A DNA stretch of 38,648 bases from a virus. The first letter of the stretch is position 1. Each line of letters begins with the position of its first letter. Made by a program: the position numbers and the translations under genes. Below the pieces are notes generated by a model, which made no database searches, was not told the DNA's origin, and saw only the letters and a list, made by a program, of their open reading frames with translations. Shown here piece after piece: positions 9,801 through 17,404 of the stretch. The stretch lies in IMG/VR virus record IMGVR_UViG_3300026311_000005, positions 1 through 38,648 of that record; one strand, given 5' to 3'.

Positions 9801-10925
9801 CGCGCTCGCGCCTGTCTCCAGCGCCGCATCGAGGCCCTCGATCTCCTTTGTGACCGGATCGACCTTCCCAACTAGCATCCCCATCATCTGGCCGCCCGTG
9901 GCCCCGAATTTCTGGAGGGCCTGCCCCTGCTCCTCGATTGGAAGCTCGGATATAGCGACGGCGAGCTCCTGGACGGTCCCGATGGCATCTTCTCGGATGG
10001 CCTCCTGGAACTCCGTGGCGTCCATGTCCAGCATCGACGAGATGCCGCTCTTGTCGTCCCTCATCATATAATTGAGGGCATCTTTCAGTGACTCGCCTGA
10101 GGTCTCGGCAGTCATGCCGAATGCCTGGAGCTGACCGATGAGAGCCGCCCACTCCGAAAGCTGATCTGGCGACGGTTTCAGCATCGCCATCTGAGCCGAT
10201 ACCTTTTTCATGCCGGTGACGATCGATTCTTCAGAAGTCGCCATCGAGTCGGCAAGATCGTTGATGGTGGACCCCATACGGTTGCCGAACTCGGTCCAGG
10301 TCATCTCGGCGGGCTTCACAACCGATCCGATTTTTCCAATAGATTCGCTTGCAGCGTCCGCCGACATGCCCCAGGCAGACGACATCTTGAGAATCGTCTC
10401 GGTATAATCGGCGATCTCTTCCGGCGCTATTCCCATCCGCCCGGCTCCGGCGGCGGCTCCGGCTATGGACTCCATCGATGCGCCAGTTTCGCCTCGGATG
10501 GCGAGGAGATCGGAGGAAAGTTTTGAGAACCCTGCTTCAGTGGTGTTCGTGACTTTTTGGACATCCACCATGAGGTCCTGCCACGTGGCGGCGCTAGAGA
10601 CGCATTTACCGAGCCCGACGCCGATCACGGCGACAGAAGCCCCGATGCCTAGAAGAGCGATCCCGGCGGGTCCGAGGGCGGTGGCGAAGGTCCCGGCAGC
10701 CTGTCCCAACATTCCAAACTGGGATGTCATCCCCGTGACGAGCTGGTTGCCGAGCTGCTTTCCAACGTCGCTGAAGTTCCCTCCCGTTAGAGACGCCTTG
10801 AGCCCGCCCGTTATGTTGGTCCCGGCATTGTGCATCATGCCAGGGATCGAGCCCAGGCTCTTCTCCAGGGGGCCGAGATCGGCCCCCACCTCTACAAACG
10901 CCGCGCCGAGTTTTTCCGAGACCAT
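6804..10925 (-). CDS. Tail tape measure protein (1373 aa)
   Basis: Very long, hydrophobic N-terminal segments, tandem repeats of about 35 aa (G.ISA.EY...) encoded around 8820-9230, glycine-rich C-terminus, position after the chaperone pair; GGAG about 9 nt upstream of the ATG. Confidence 0.85.
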   Translation of the reverse strand: MVSEKLGAAFVEVGADLGPLEKSLGSIPGMMHNAGTNITGGLKASLTGGNFSDVGKQLGNQLVTGMTSQFGMLGQAAGTFATALGPAGIALLGIGASVAVIGVGLGKCVSSAATWQDLMVDVQKVTNTTEAGFSKLSSDLLAIRGETGASMESIAGAAAGAGRMGIAPEEIADYTETILKMSSAWGMSADAASESIGKIGSVVKPAEMTWTEFGNRMGSTINDLADSMATSEESIVTGMKKVSAQMAMLKPSPDQLSEWAALIGQLQAFGMTAETSGESLKDALNYMMRDDKSGISSMLDMDATEFQEAIREDAIGTVQELAVAISELPIEEQGQALQKFGATGGQMMGMLVGKVDPVTKEIEGLDAALETGASAWENASSLNEAYAKSQETLNAQIDIFKGKISVAATSIGAVLLPYLTQMMKGVNDITQALIGLGTQGWQWLTGGAYELYEGLEKLDNKVGEVLSGGTETRGLVGSFVGDVTGALSDGLKSAGGQIKIGDEWVKDMADVQAARDAGKLTAQEYLSGLKEVSSAGMKGPTTGLMDSLQEFATTGKLTTDQYKKSLSSVSEIYSQVGDAAADMIGPLTEGFENGTVSAEDYISILEDMTTVSEELGDGADEALEPLTQAFEDGTVSAEEYKNIMDDVANAVTSLGSDFDSIAGPIQDAFSQGEISATQYQDAINSISDVHAQLGESTEYVIGPITEMFESGEISADEYITALDGVLSGSKEFGTEFTRQMADLNANAGNMSADEYLAAFNDIISDLGVSIEKELKDVDSEGAGSAAASGYMNAWNDKMKRWADYHEKTVPRFSRTGTVSAGSDTIEIIHTPDAQLEWAVHINGKSLTGLAYDSPQAAMNAIRTQLPGLWALIDPVEREAALLDALGKHGEAAEMRAQAELKLDLEAEAERLQAEFETAFSEALEKPFAVGGLGDKMADLLGDVAEDGWAAFEDGLITASEASDIETQLADLKLADPEAFEEAGGQAALSWWGRLVGMLEQRSYNIANNIDTTGINAELQKHIDAGEPYIAEVTAKVSPEASALREALFWEEYDGSKTKKGLREFADDLYSLSQIVGELGSDAEAAYRIITNPWDYEKSTVSLAKDFLLSVIPEEIDPEAIDAIAKYFTKAGKAGLEKASAETTTSIMPGWWSGFGAWQEAQEDMFARSYIGPTEGWAGPGQGAKEGYEAQNYFQYAVEVDLELDPAAANTELEKLEGDIKTEKISPVLADISPAMTELDRLEAEIMAPTTKPIWLEVMNPGVLDTWGPSGGNYADGTLAPGGWLSFAPGGIISSPVRAVVGDARTPEVVAPLGDLLPMIQQAVATAGGGGGVTVNAPITVYGGGDAREIAREVAEELKIEISDAYVGRLRGGH

Positions 10926-11030
10926 AGTTTAGGCTCCTTCGATATTGCTCCTCTTGAGAGAAAAATAAAAGTTTCAACTTCAGTTATCATAAATATCGGC
11001 GATGAAAGGTGCTCCGAGAGGAGGGGATGA

Positions 11031-11432
11031 TCACCCCTCCGGCACCGGATGACCGAGGCGACGCGCCTTAGCGATCGCCTTTTCCCTCAAGCTTTTTTCA
11101 GCCTTCACCCCCTCTCCTCCAGGGAAGAGGTCAGCGAAGGACTTCGGGTGTTTGCCGAATAGATTTCCGACGCACCTTGAGATATCCCAGGCGAGGATCT
11201 GCTGGTTCCGGGCGTCGGCCTCCTGCTGCCGCCTATGGCGATAGAGGAGAGGGAGCAGATCGTTTAGGCAGTATTCGGCGGCTTCGTCTGGGCGGATGCC
11301 GAGTTCGATGAAGGCGATCCGAGAGCGCCAAGCTTTTTGGCTCTCCGCTCCAAGTCCTTCATCGTTTCCTGGATGATCTCCAACGTCTCCGCCTTCAGCT
11401 TTGCCTTCTGAAGCTCGTCGAAGGTAGTCCAT
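11031..11432 (-). CDS. Tail assembly chaperone, -1 frame extension (T-like), probably expressed only as a frameshift fusion with 11264..11779
   Basis: Open frame offset by -1 from the upstream ORF and overlapping it by about 170 nt, ending 105 nt before the tape measure start. Confidence 0.45.
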   Translation of the reverse strand: MDYLRRASEGKAEGGDVGDHPGNDEGLGAESQKAWRSRIAFIELGIRPDEAAEYCLNDLLPLLYRHRRQQEADARNQQILAWDISRCVGNLFGKHPKSFADLFPGGEGVKAEKSLREKAIAKARRLGHPVPEG

Positions 11433-11779
11433 CTCTCCTGCATCGAGGCAAGAATAAAAGGGTTTTCCGCAAGCGCCAGAGATTCGAGGAGCGCCCGGTT
11501 GATTTCGATCGTCGTTAGGCCCTCCTCGTCAATCTTGGAGACAAGTTCATCTCGGCTCAAACCAGAGCTATGTTCTAGGGCCATTATTCGAATCTTGACA
11601 TCCGAATCGACGAAGGTGCTCAGGATTTCAAATGCCCCTGGCAACCGACCGCCTACAAGTACCTTCTGCCCCCTGAGGTATTCTCTCGCCTCTTCCTCGA
11701 ATCCCTCGGAAGCGAGGATGCCCCATTTCAGATCGATCGATCCGAGCTTTACGGTACGAAGTCCTTTTGCTTTTGTCAT
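11264..11779 (-). CDS. Tail assembly chaperone, upstream frame (G-like)
   Basis: Position between the major tail and tape measure genes; 3' end overlaps a second open frame; start moved to the internal ATG at 11779, which has GGGAGA 7 nt upstream (ORF track start 11809 lies inside a hairpin). Confidence 0.5.
   Translation of the reverse strand: MTKAKGLRTVKLGSIDLKWGILASEGFEEEAREYLRGQKVLVGGRLPGAFEILSTFVDSDVKIRIMALEHSSGLSRDELVSKIDEEGLTTIEINRALLESLALAENPFILASMQERWTTFDELQKAKLKAETLEIIQETMKDLERRAKKLGALGSPSSNSASAQTKPPNTA
11333..11339 (-). other. Putative -1 ribosomal slippery site CAAAAAG (mRNA sense) in the chaperone overlap
   Basis: Zero-frame codons GCC AAA AAG at plus 11333-11341; both frames are open here. 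Confidence 0.35.
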
Positions 11780-11799
11780 GATATTTCTCCCTCGTTTCT

Positions 11800-11823
11800 G
11801 GGGGGTCATAAGTATCGCCCCCC
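11800..11823 (-). terminator. GC hairpin (GGGGGG, 12-nt loop, CCCCCC) after the major tail protein gene; possible attenuator
   Basis: Read directly; no clear U-tract follows, so the function is uncertain. Confidence 0.2.
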
Positions 11824-11938
11824 TATCTGAAAGTCGCCCAGAACTTAAAATAACGATTCTGGATAATAATGTAATTCAAAGAGTTGAGGGAACCCCTCTC
11901 CCGGATCTCCTCAGCGATCCGATGTCATCGGGGACACC

Positions 11939-12934
11939 TCACTCCACTACCCGATACATCGGATGTTTAGCTCCCGAAATAGTCAGAATAGCTTTTGTCA
12001 GGTCGTCCGGACCTCCCGGCCAGTCTACACTTTCGATGTAGCCGAACCCCACGCACATGATCCCGGAATCCTCCACATCATAGAACTGGAAGAGGAGCCG
12101 GACTCCATCCAGGTCTTCCCAATCAATCGCACCCAGACCCCCGGATAAGGCCGTCTCCTCCAGAGCCGCGACGATACCGGCGCCAGTCTCGCCGGAGACC
12201 ACTTCAGCCCGGACCTTCAGAGCCCGAACGTCTACATCCGCGTTAAGCGCCTGGACGACGTCTTCGGCGGTGGACGTGATCGACCCATCAGTGACGGCCA
12301 GAGTCACATCGATATCGGTGCCGGTGACGGTGACGGCGATGGTCCCGGTGCCGCCGGGGTTGGTCATGGTGAGGGTAATCGAGTTCCCGGCCACCCCGCC
12401 CTCGAAATGTATTAGCCGAATGTGGCTATTGGCGTTGCCCCCGGTCGTCGTGAGGGTAGCGCAGATCCCAGCGTGTAGAGTGTCGATGGTAGCGTTCCAG
12501 TCTTTGATCGTTGGGAACCTCTCCACCGCCTCGTCGCCGTAGCACGTCACGTCTTCGAATGACTTGAGCCTTTTGTACGTTCGGTTCTTACATGCTGATA
12601 TCTGAGTAGGGGAGAGGTACTTCCCGCTTGCGCACTGAACAACGTCGGTGCCATCGAGGGCCGAGCTTAGAACAATATATCCGGCACCGTACCAGATCTC
12701 GCTCGGAGTCAGAGTCGAGAACTCCCCAACACCACCATCTTGCCATTCGAAGACCGGCGCCTCCGAATCCAGAAGTGCCCGCTTATCGGCGTCGGTGATC
12801 CGATAGACCGTATATCTGGCGTATCCCTGGTCGGTGAGGTCTACCTCCTCCATTGCTTCATCACTATATGACGACCCGGCCCCCGAACCGTAAAAGACGG
12901 CTACATAGGAGCCCGGCGTCGGGGCGAGTGCCAT
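11939..12934 (-). CDS. Putative major tail protein with a C-terminal Ig-like (Big_2-type) domain
   Basis: Position upstream of the chaperone pair; C-terminal segment rich in T/V/D (TVTGTDIDVTLAVTDGSITSTAEDVV); start at the ATG at 12934, preceded by GGTGAGGTG (ORF track start 12943 is GTG). Confidence 0.45.
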   Translation of the reverse strand: MALAPTPGSYVAVFYGSGAGSSYSDEAMEEVDLTDQGYARYTVYRITDADKRALLDSEAPVFEWQDGGVGEFSTLTPSEIWYGAGYIVLSSALDGTDVVQCASGKYLSPTQISACKNRTYKRLKSFEDVTCYGDEAVERFPTIKDWNATIDTLHAGICATLTTTGGNANSHIRLIHFEGGVAGNSITLTMTNPGGTGTIAVTVTGTDIDVTLAVTDGSITSTAEDVVQALNADVDVRALKVRAEVVSGETGAGIVAALEETALSGGLGAIDWEDLDGVRLLFQFYDVEDSGIMCVGFGYIESVDWPGGPDDLTKAILTISGAKHPMYRVVE

Positions 12935-12944
12935 CTGTACCACC

Positions 12945-13325
12945 TCACGTTATAACGGCCCCGCCGGAAGGCGCGAAGGTTACATTCATGACCTGCTCAC
13001 TGGCGGGATCGCCGGAGATCTCACAGTCCTGGACGTAGGCCGTGATGGTGAACGTTCGGGACCCCTTCACCGCGACGTATACAGAGGCGTCGCCAGAGTC
13101 GTAGTCGTCCAGGATGTCCTGTTGCCCGACATCGGCTGGATCATAGATCAGGACGGCGGAGAAGTCTACATCCTTGATCGTTGGGAACCTCGCCACGGCG
13201 GTATCTTCGTCTGCGGTTACTTCTACTATGGTTCTCTTCGGCCTGATATTGAGCGTTCGGATGCCCAACACCGTCACCGAATCGATGGTCAATCTCTGCG
13301 TTCCTACTTCGGGTGCCAATACCAT
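12945..13325 (-). CDS. Small tail tube-related protein (126 aa), partial paralogue of 11939..12934
   Basis: Shares the RFPTIKD motif and an identical 18-nt stretch with the neighbouring gene. Confidence 0.35.
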   Translation of the reverse strand: MVLAPEVGTQRLTIDSVTVLGIRTLNIRPKRTIVEVTADEDTAVARFPTIKDVDFSAVLIYDPADVGQQDILDDYDSGDASVYVAVKGSRTFTITAYVQDCEISGDPASEQVMNVTFAPSGGAVIT

Positions 13326-13344
13326 TTCTTAATCACCTCTATTT

Positions 13345-13719
13345 CTAAGAATCCGCTATGCAGCGGATGACCCTAAAATCGATCATGAATACGTGCCGCC
13401 CGTTCTCGTCCACATAATGATCGGGGTGGCGGCCCTCCCAGATCATCGCCACTGAATGACCGAACGCCGTTTTTTTGTGGAGCGCGTCCCGGATCGCCAG
13501 GGCGTCGGTTTGCGCCGTCTCCAGGGACGCCCTCCTCACCTGGATCTGAACGCGAGGCTTCTCGATATCGCCCCCGCTCACGATATACCCGCTCCCCCCC
13601 GCCGGGAAGATGGCTATCTGCGAGGCGCTGGATTCGTCGAAGCCGTATGCTCGGATGTTGGAATATCCGGCGGCGGTGAGGGCGTCGGCCACATCCTTGA
13701 CGACCGGATCCATGGTCAT
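13345..13719 (-). CDS. Putative tail completion or tail terminator protein (124 aa)
   Basis: Size and position between the head-tail joining genes and the tail tube genes; weak resemblance only. Confidence 0.3.
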   Translation of the reverse strand: MTMDPVVKDVADALTAAGYSNIRAYGFDESSASQIAIFPAGGSGYIVSGGDIEKPRVQIQVRRASLETAQTDALAIRDALHKKTAFGHSVAMIWEGRHPDHYVDENGRHVFMIDFRVIRCIADS

Positions 13720-13723
13720 TTTT

Positions 13724-13948
13724 TCACCTCAGATACCGTCCGAACGATATCAGAACGAAGGTGAGGAGGGACACCCCTCCGAGGATGTACCATCTCCAGT
13801 TTTCCAGGGCGACCACCCGGCACTCCAGATCATGCTGTGTCTCGCAGATGCCCCCCTTCCCGGTGATCTTCGCATTCAGATGGCGCAGCTCGCCCGCTAT
13901 CTGAAGGAGGAGCTCTCGATCGGTCTGGGGAGCATCCGCCGACGCCAT
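13724..13948 (-). CDS. Small membrane protein (74 aa) with one C-terminal transmembrane helix
   Basis: Hydrophobic stretch WYILGGVSLLTFVLISFG at the C-terminus. Confidence 0.35.
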   Translation of the reverse strand: MASADAPQTDRELLLQIAGELRHLNAKITGKGGICETQHDLECRVVALENWRWYILGGVSLLTFVLISFGRYLR

Positions 13949-14131
13949 CTATTCGCCCCCGGTGGTCTGCCCCCTGGTAGCGAACCAGAATGCAGCGATC
14001 GTGCCAATGATCTGACCGAAGCTCTTCACGAGATCGATCATGACGGGATCCTGCGAATACGTCGCCATCCCGCCGAGGACGAGGAAGACCGCCAGGAACA
14101 ACACCGTGACGACTAACCCCTCGCCTGGCAT
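13949..14131 (-). CDS. Small two-transmembrane protein (60 aa), holin-like
   Basis: Start ATG overlaps the upstream stop (GTGATGCC); two hydrophobic helices; the ORF track shows a longer 167-aa ORF whose upstream part is judged spurious. Confidence 0.35.
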   Translation of the reverse strand: MPGEGLVVTVLFLAVFLVLGGMATYSQDPVMIDLVKSFGQIIGTIAAFWFATRGQTTGGE

Positions 14132-14472
14132 CACTCCTCCCCCGTCGGCTCGGTGAGCGCATATTCGTATAGGCCCGCAGCCTTCAGCCGATCCTCCAGG
14201 GCTTCCACCGGGTCCACCCGGCGGCCCATGCCTGTCGTCCACTCGATCCACTGTCGCCGGGTCATCCCGAACGATCCGCCGGGAACGTCGCCGCATTGCG
14301 GGGACGCGACATACTTGAGTCCCACAATCCGGGTTCCCGTGAACCCGGTGGGCATCAGGATGGCCCCCGGATCGTTCGTGCATCCCAACCGTTTCGTCGG
14401 CTCGGTGGAGCACCCCTCCAGGGGCTCCGCCCAATTCGTCTCCGGACAACATCCTATCTTTTCTTCCGCCAT
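14131..14472 (-). CDS. Cys-containing hypothetical protein (113 aa)
   Basis: ORF track; start overlaps the upstream stop as TAATG. Confidence 0.35.
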   Translation of the reverse strand: MAEEKIGCCPETNWAEPLEGCSTEPTKRLGCTNDPGAILMPTGFTGTRIVGLKYVASPQCGDVPGGSFGMTRRQWIEWTTGMGRRVDPVEALEDRLKAAGLYEYALTEPTGEE

Positions 14473-14978
14473 TATATCGCCTCGATGAACAGCTCCGTTT
14501 CGATCGGAGCCGACACGCTAGTATTCACGTCGAATGATCCTGTCATGTCCACTTCTGCCAGATGGGCCGGATTGCCATGACATCCGACGGCCTGGATGAT
14601 CCTCTCGCGGTACGTCCCGACGCCTTTCAGGGCGTACACCGAAGATCCGTCCTCCACGCGAGCTCGCGACGAGAGGACCGTAGCCCCCGAGGCCTGAGCC
14701 AGATGGGAGAGGCCGTAGTTCCCGATCATCCGGAACGATCCGCCCTCGCCGTCCATGTCCAGGCCCGCGAAGGCTCCAGAGTCGGTCAGGATCTGGCCGT
14801 AAGCCATGCTGGCGTTGCGTCCCCCCGCAGCCACCGTCTGGCCTCCGAGGCTGGACCGGAGCGAGAAGTCCCCGTCCCCGGCGTAGTCGCCCCTGATCTC
14901 GATACCGGCGGCCGGGGCGATCATGGTCATAAGGAGGATGGGGACTGATAATATCGCAAATCCGTTCATGTTTTCCAT
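14472..14978 (-). CDS. Secreted or membrane-anchored protein (168 aa) with an N-terminal signal peptide
   Basis: N-terminus MENMNGFAILSVPILLMTMIAPAAG is a typical signal sequence. Confidence 0.4.
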   Translation of the reverse strand: MENMNGFAILSVPILLMTMIAPAAGIEIRGDYAGDGDFSLRSSLGGQTVAAGGRNASMAYGQILTDSGAFAGLDMDGEGGSFRMIGNYGLSHLAQASGATVLSSRARVEDGSSVYALKGVGTYRERIIQAVGCHGNPAHLAEVDMTGSFDVNTSVSAPIETELFIEAI

Positions 14979-14981
14979 CTC

Positions 14982-15341
14982 CTAAGTTTTGCGTAAATGT
15001 TTTTCTACGTATTTCGCCGCGTTCGGTGCCAATTGCTCCACCGGATCAACGATGAAATGGCTTTTGCCGGTCGTGTGATTGAGAGATGCGTCCTGATGCT
15101 GCCGATAAATGTAGCTCTCCGCCGGGCCACCACCGCCGAGGACGATCACGCCCCGTGCGTCGTCGCGTTCGGTTCCCAGGGAGTTTCGCATCGTCCCACC
15201 ATTGACGGGCGCTACCGGGCACTGCCTTTTCATCTCGGATAGGACCTCTCCCTTCGCCCATTCTTCGACCCCATCCAACGCCGCCTCTTTCGCCCGCGCG
15301 ATGACGGCTCCGGCGGCCCATTCGGTGATCCGGATACTCAT
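14982..15341 (-). CDS. Head-tail joining protein, HK97 gp10-like
   Basis: Size about 119 aa, position, and resemblance to the HK97 gp10 family. Confidence 0.45.
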   Translation of the reverse strand: MSIRITEWAAGAVIARAKEAALDGVEEWAKGEVLSEMKRQCPVAPVNGGTMRNSLGTERDDARGVIVLGGGGPAESYIYRQHQDASLNHTTGKSHFIVDPVEQLAPNAAKYVEKHLRKT

Positions 15342-15634
15342 AGCCTCACCTCATATTCTATGATCTGACCTCCGACGCCCGTCGGTGAGAGGACCGCCAG
15401 GACGGGGCGAGGATCCCCGCCGTTGTAGATCACGAAGTCGCCCGGCTGGACGGCTGACATGGTGCGGAGGAGGGCGGTGGAGGTGATCTCCTGGCCGCTG
15501 GCGGTGCGGACGAGCTTGATCTCTTCGGTATATCGGCATTTCTGGTTTTCATAATCGGTATACGTCGGCCCGTACAGGCCCGAGCCCGTCGCCTTCCGCC
15601 AGACGAAGGTTTGGTGCATGGGGGTTATGCTCAT
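15338..15634 (-). CDS. Putative head closure or head-tail adaptor protein (98 aa)
   Basis: Size and position; 4-nt overlaps with both neighbours. Confidence 0.35.
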   Translation of the reverse strand: MSITPMHQTFVWRKATGSGLYGPTYTDYENQKCRYTEEIKLVRTASGQEITSTALLRTMSAVQPGDFVIYNGGDPRPVLAVLSPTGVGGQIIEYEVRL

Positions 15635-16401
15635 TTCTTCGCCACCAGAATCTCAGTGCACCGGCATCTCGGATGCAGAGTCGGCCCGTCGCCGCCGCCC
15701 TCAAATTGCCCATTGGGGAGTTCCGCCCTTTTCCCGGACATGGGACGGCATAGGGGGCATAGCCTTTCGTCCGGGGTGACGAGCCATTCGCGCTCCCAGT
15801 CGTCAGGGCTCAGGATGCCCCGCTTTACCGCCCCCCGGTTGGCTTCTCGATATCCCTCGTTGGCCGCCTTGTGGCCCTCAGTGAGGGCTATTGTCCCGGC
15901 TCGCCACTTGAGGAGCTTCTGACGGTATCGGTCCACCGCCAGCTTGCGGGCCGATTCGTCCATGTCCAGCTTCTCAAGACCGGCCTCGAAGTTTCGGACG
16001 GCCTGAACGTGCTGGGGGATGAGTCCGACGTTCTGCTTGATGATCTTGATTTGTTCATTCGGCGAAAGTCCCTCCTGGAAACCTCGAAGGATCGTCTCTC
16101 GGATCCCGGCCTTCGTCCCGGCGTCGATGTACTTGATCTCGTCGCCGCAGAACTTTTCCAGCCAGGCGATTGCCTCTGGGGATTTGAGGTCGAAAGAGAC
16201 GCCCATCCCCACAAGCTTCCCGATCTCTTCGAGCTGAGCCTCGCCGCCCTCCAGGAAGGCTGCCTCGATGAAAGGAGAGGGGTCGAATTTGGTCGCTGGG
16301 ATATTCTTTCGGCCGTCGATCTCTACCTCCCTCTGCCACGCCAGGAAGGCCTCGGTGATCGTCCTCGCCCACTTGTCGCCGACGTCCTGGGTAGTGGTCA
16401 T
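15631..16401 (-). CDS. Minor head (head morphogenesis) protein, Mu F / SPP1 gp7 family
   Basis: C-terminal signature ...ALTEGH...CPLCRPMSGK...HPRCRCTE matching the Phage_Mu_F domain. Confidence 0.7.
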   Translation of the reverse strand: MTTTQDVGDKWARTITEAFLAWQREVEIDGRKNIPATKFDPSPFIEAAFLEGGEAQLEEIGKLVGMGVSFDLKSPEAIAWLEKFCGDEIKYIDAGTKAGIRETILRGFQEGLSPNEQIKIIKQNVGLIPQHVQAVRNFEAGLEKLDMDESARKLAVDRYRQKLLKWRAGTIALTEGHKAANEGYREANRGAVKRGILSPDDWEREWLVTPDERLCPLCRPMSGKRAELPNGQFEGGGDGPTLHPRCRCTEILVAKK

Positions 16402-16901
16402 ACTATCTCAACAGATCCAGCTATCCAGCCCTGGAGAAGTTGTCTCGCCTTCCTCGATTGGAGGACGCCCGCACCCGCCCCCGGAGCATAAGTTTCCGAC
16501 GTCGTCGAATAGGTAGCGTGGGTGACGCCCTGCTGCTGGAGGGACCGCCTCACCTTCTGGTCTGGAGCGGCGACGCCTTCTAGTATCGCCAAGGCTTCGA
16601 GACAGCAGGCCGCTTCGACTTCGGCCGGAACCTCTGAATAGTCGGGGAGGGTTGAACTCTGGTAATATATTTCTGAGTCATCTGGACGAGTTCGGGCGGC
16701 TATATCAGGCCGCCGGGGGAACTCGCGGGCCTGGTCCGGATCGTACTTCCATCCTTTCAGCATCAGACAGTCGATGGAATCGGACGCCTCTTCCAGCGCC
16801 GCCTCCTTCTGCGCACTCGTCGCGGCGGTCCAGGCCGCTATATCGACGACGTGGGCCGTGAGCCAAACGTCGGCATCTGTTGCCGAAATGTAGGAAGTCA
16901 T
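16398..16901 (-). CDS. Putative head-tail connector protein (gp6-like)
   Basis: N-terminal pattern ISATDADVWLTAHVVDIAAW... typical of this family; position. Confidence 0.4.
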   Translation of the reverse strand: MTSYISATDADVWLTAHVVDIAAWTAATSAQKEAALEEASDSIDCLMLKGWKYDPDQAREFPRRPDIAARTRPDDSEIYYQSSTLPDYSEVPAEVEAACCLEALAILEGVAAPDQKVRRSLQQQGVTHATYSTTSETYAPGAGAGVLQSRKARQLLQGWIAGSVEIV

Positions 16902-16906
16902 CCAAA

Positions 16907-17053
16907 TCAGTCCTCAGTCTTCTTCTTTCGTACTCTCTTCACCTGCTCCGGCTCCGGGTCGGTGAGCTCCGCCGAAAGAAGGATCTCGGCAAGCCTGGTG
17001 TCGATGTCGGCCAGATCGTAATCTCCATAGGCCCAGGTAGATTCATATGCCAT
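16907..17053 (-). CDS. Small acidic protein (about 48 aa)
   Basis: Manual translation MAYESTWAYGDYDLADIDTRL...; ATG overlaps the upstream stop (TGATG). Confidence 0.25.
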   Translation of the reverse strand: MAYESTWAYGDYDLADIDTRLAEILLSAELTDPEPEQVKRVRKKKTED

Positions 17054-17328
17054 CAGTAGTCCCCCCGCAGGTCGTCCTCTTTGGCCTCGACTAGATCGAG
17101 CCGCTTCGCCTCAAGTGCCTGCTTGCTATCGAAACCCAGCCGCGCATACATCGGCATCGGGTTCTTCACCTTCTTGGTCTCCGGGACCTCACCGGTCTTC
17201 TCGTCCATCTCGGTGACGATCTCCACCTCGGAGTCGTCCGGAACTCCCGCCAACAGCACCACCATAGCCTCCGGGCAATCCCGTTCCAGCGCCACTCTGT
17301 CGTCCGGTGACAGGTGGGGCCAATGCAC
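17053..17328 (-). CDS. Hypothetical protein (91 aa)
   Basis: ORF track; position in a chain of overlapping genes. Confidence 0.3.
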   Translation of the reverse strand: MHWPHLSPDDRVALERDCPEAMVVLLAGVPDDSEVEIVTEMDEKTGEVPETKKVKNPMPMYARLGFDSKQALEAKRLDLVEAKEDDLRGDY

Positions 17329-17404
17329 GCCACGCCGCCTGAGTTCCGCCGCTGCCTGAGTCGAATCCGTAATACCGCCTCCTATGAGTCACCGTAATTT
17401 TTTT

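Noticed and set aside
13949-14452. 167-aa minus-strand ORF as annotated by the track
   Set aside because: Its upstream two thirds overlap the 113-aa gene in another frame; only the last 60 codons, starting at an ATG that overlaps the upstream stop, look like a real gene
15871-16491. 206-aa plus-strand ORF
   Set aside because: Antisense to the Mu F-like head gene, which has a clear domain signature
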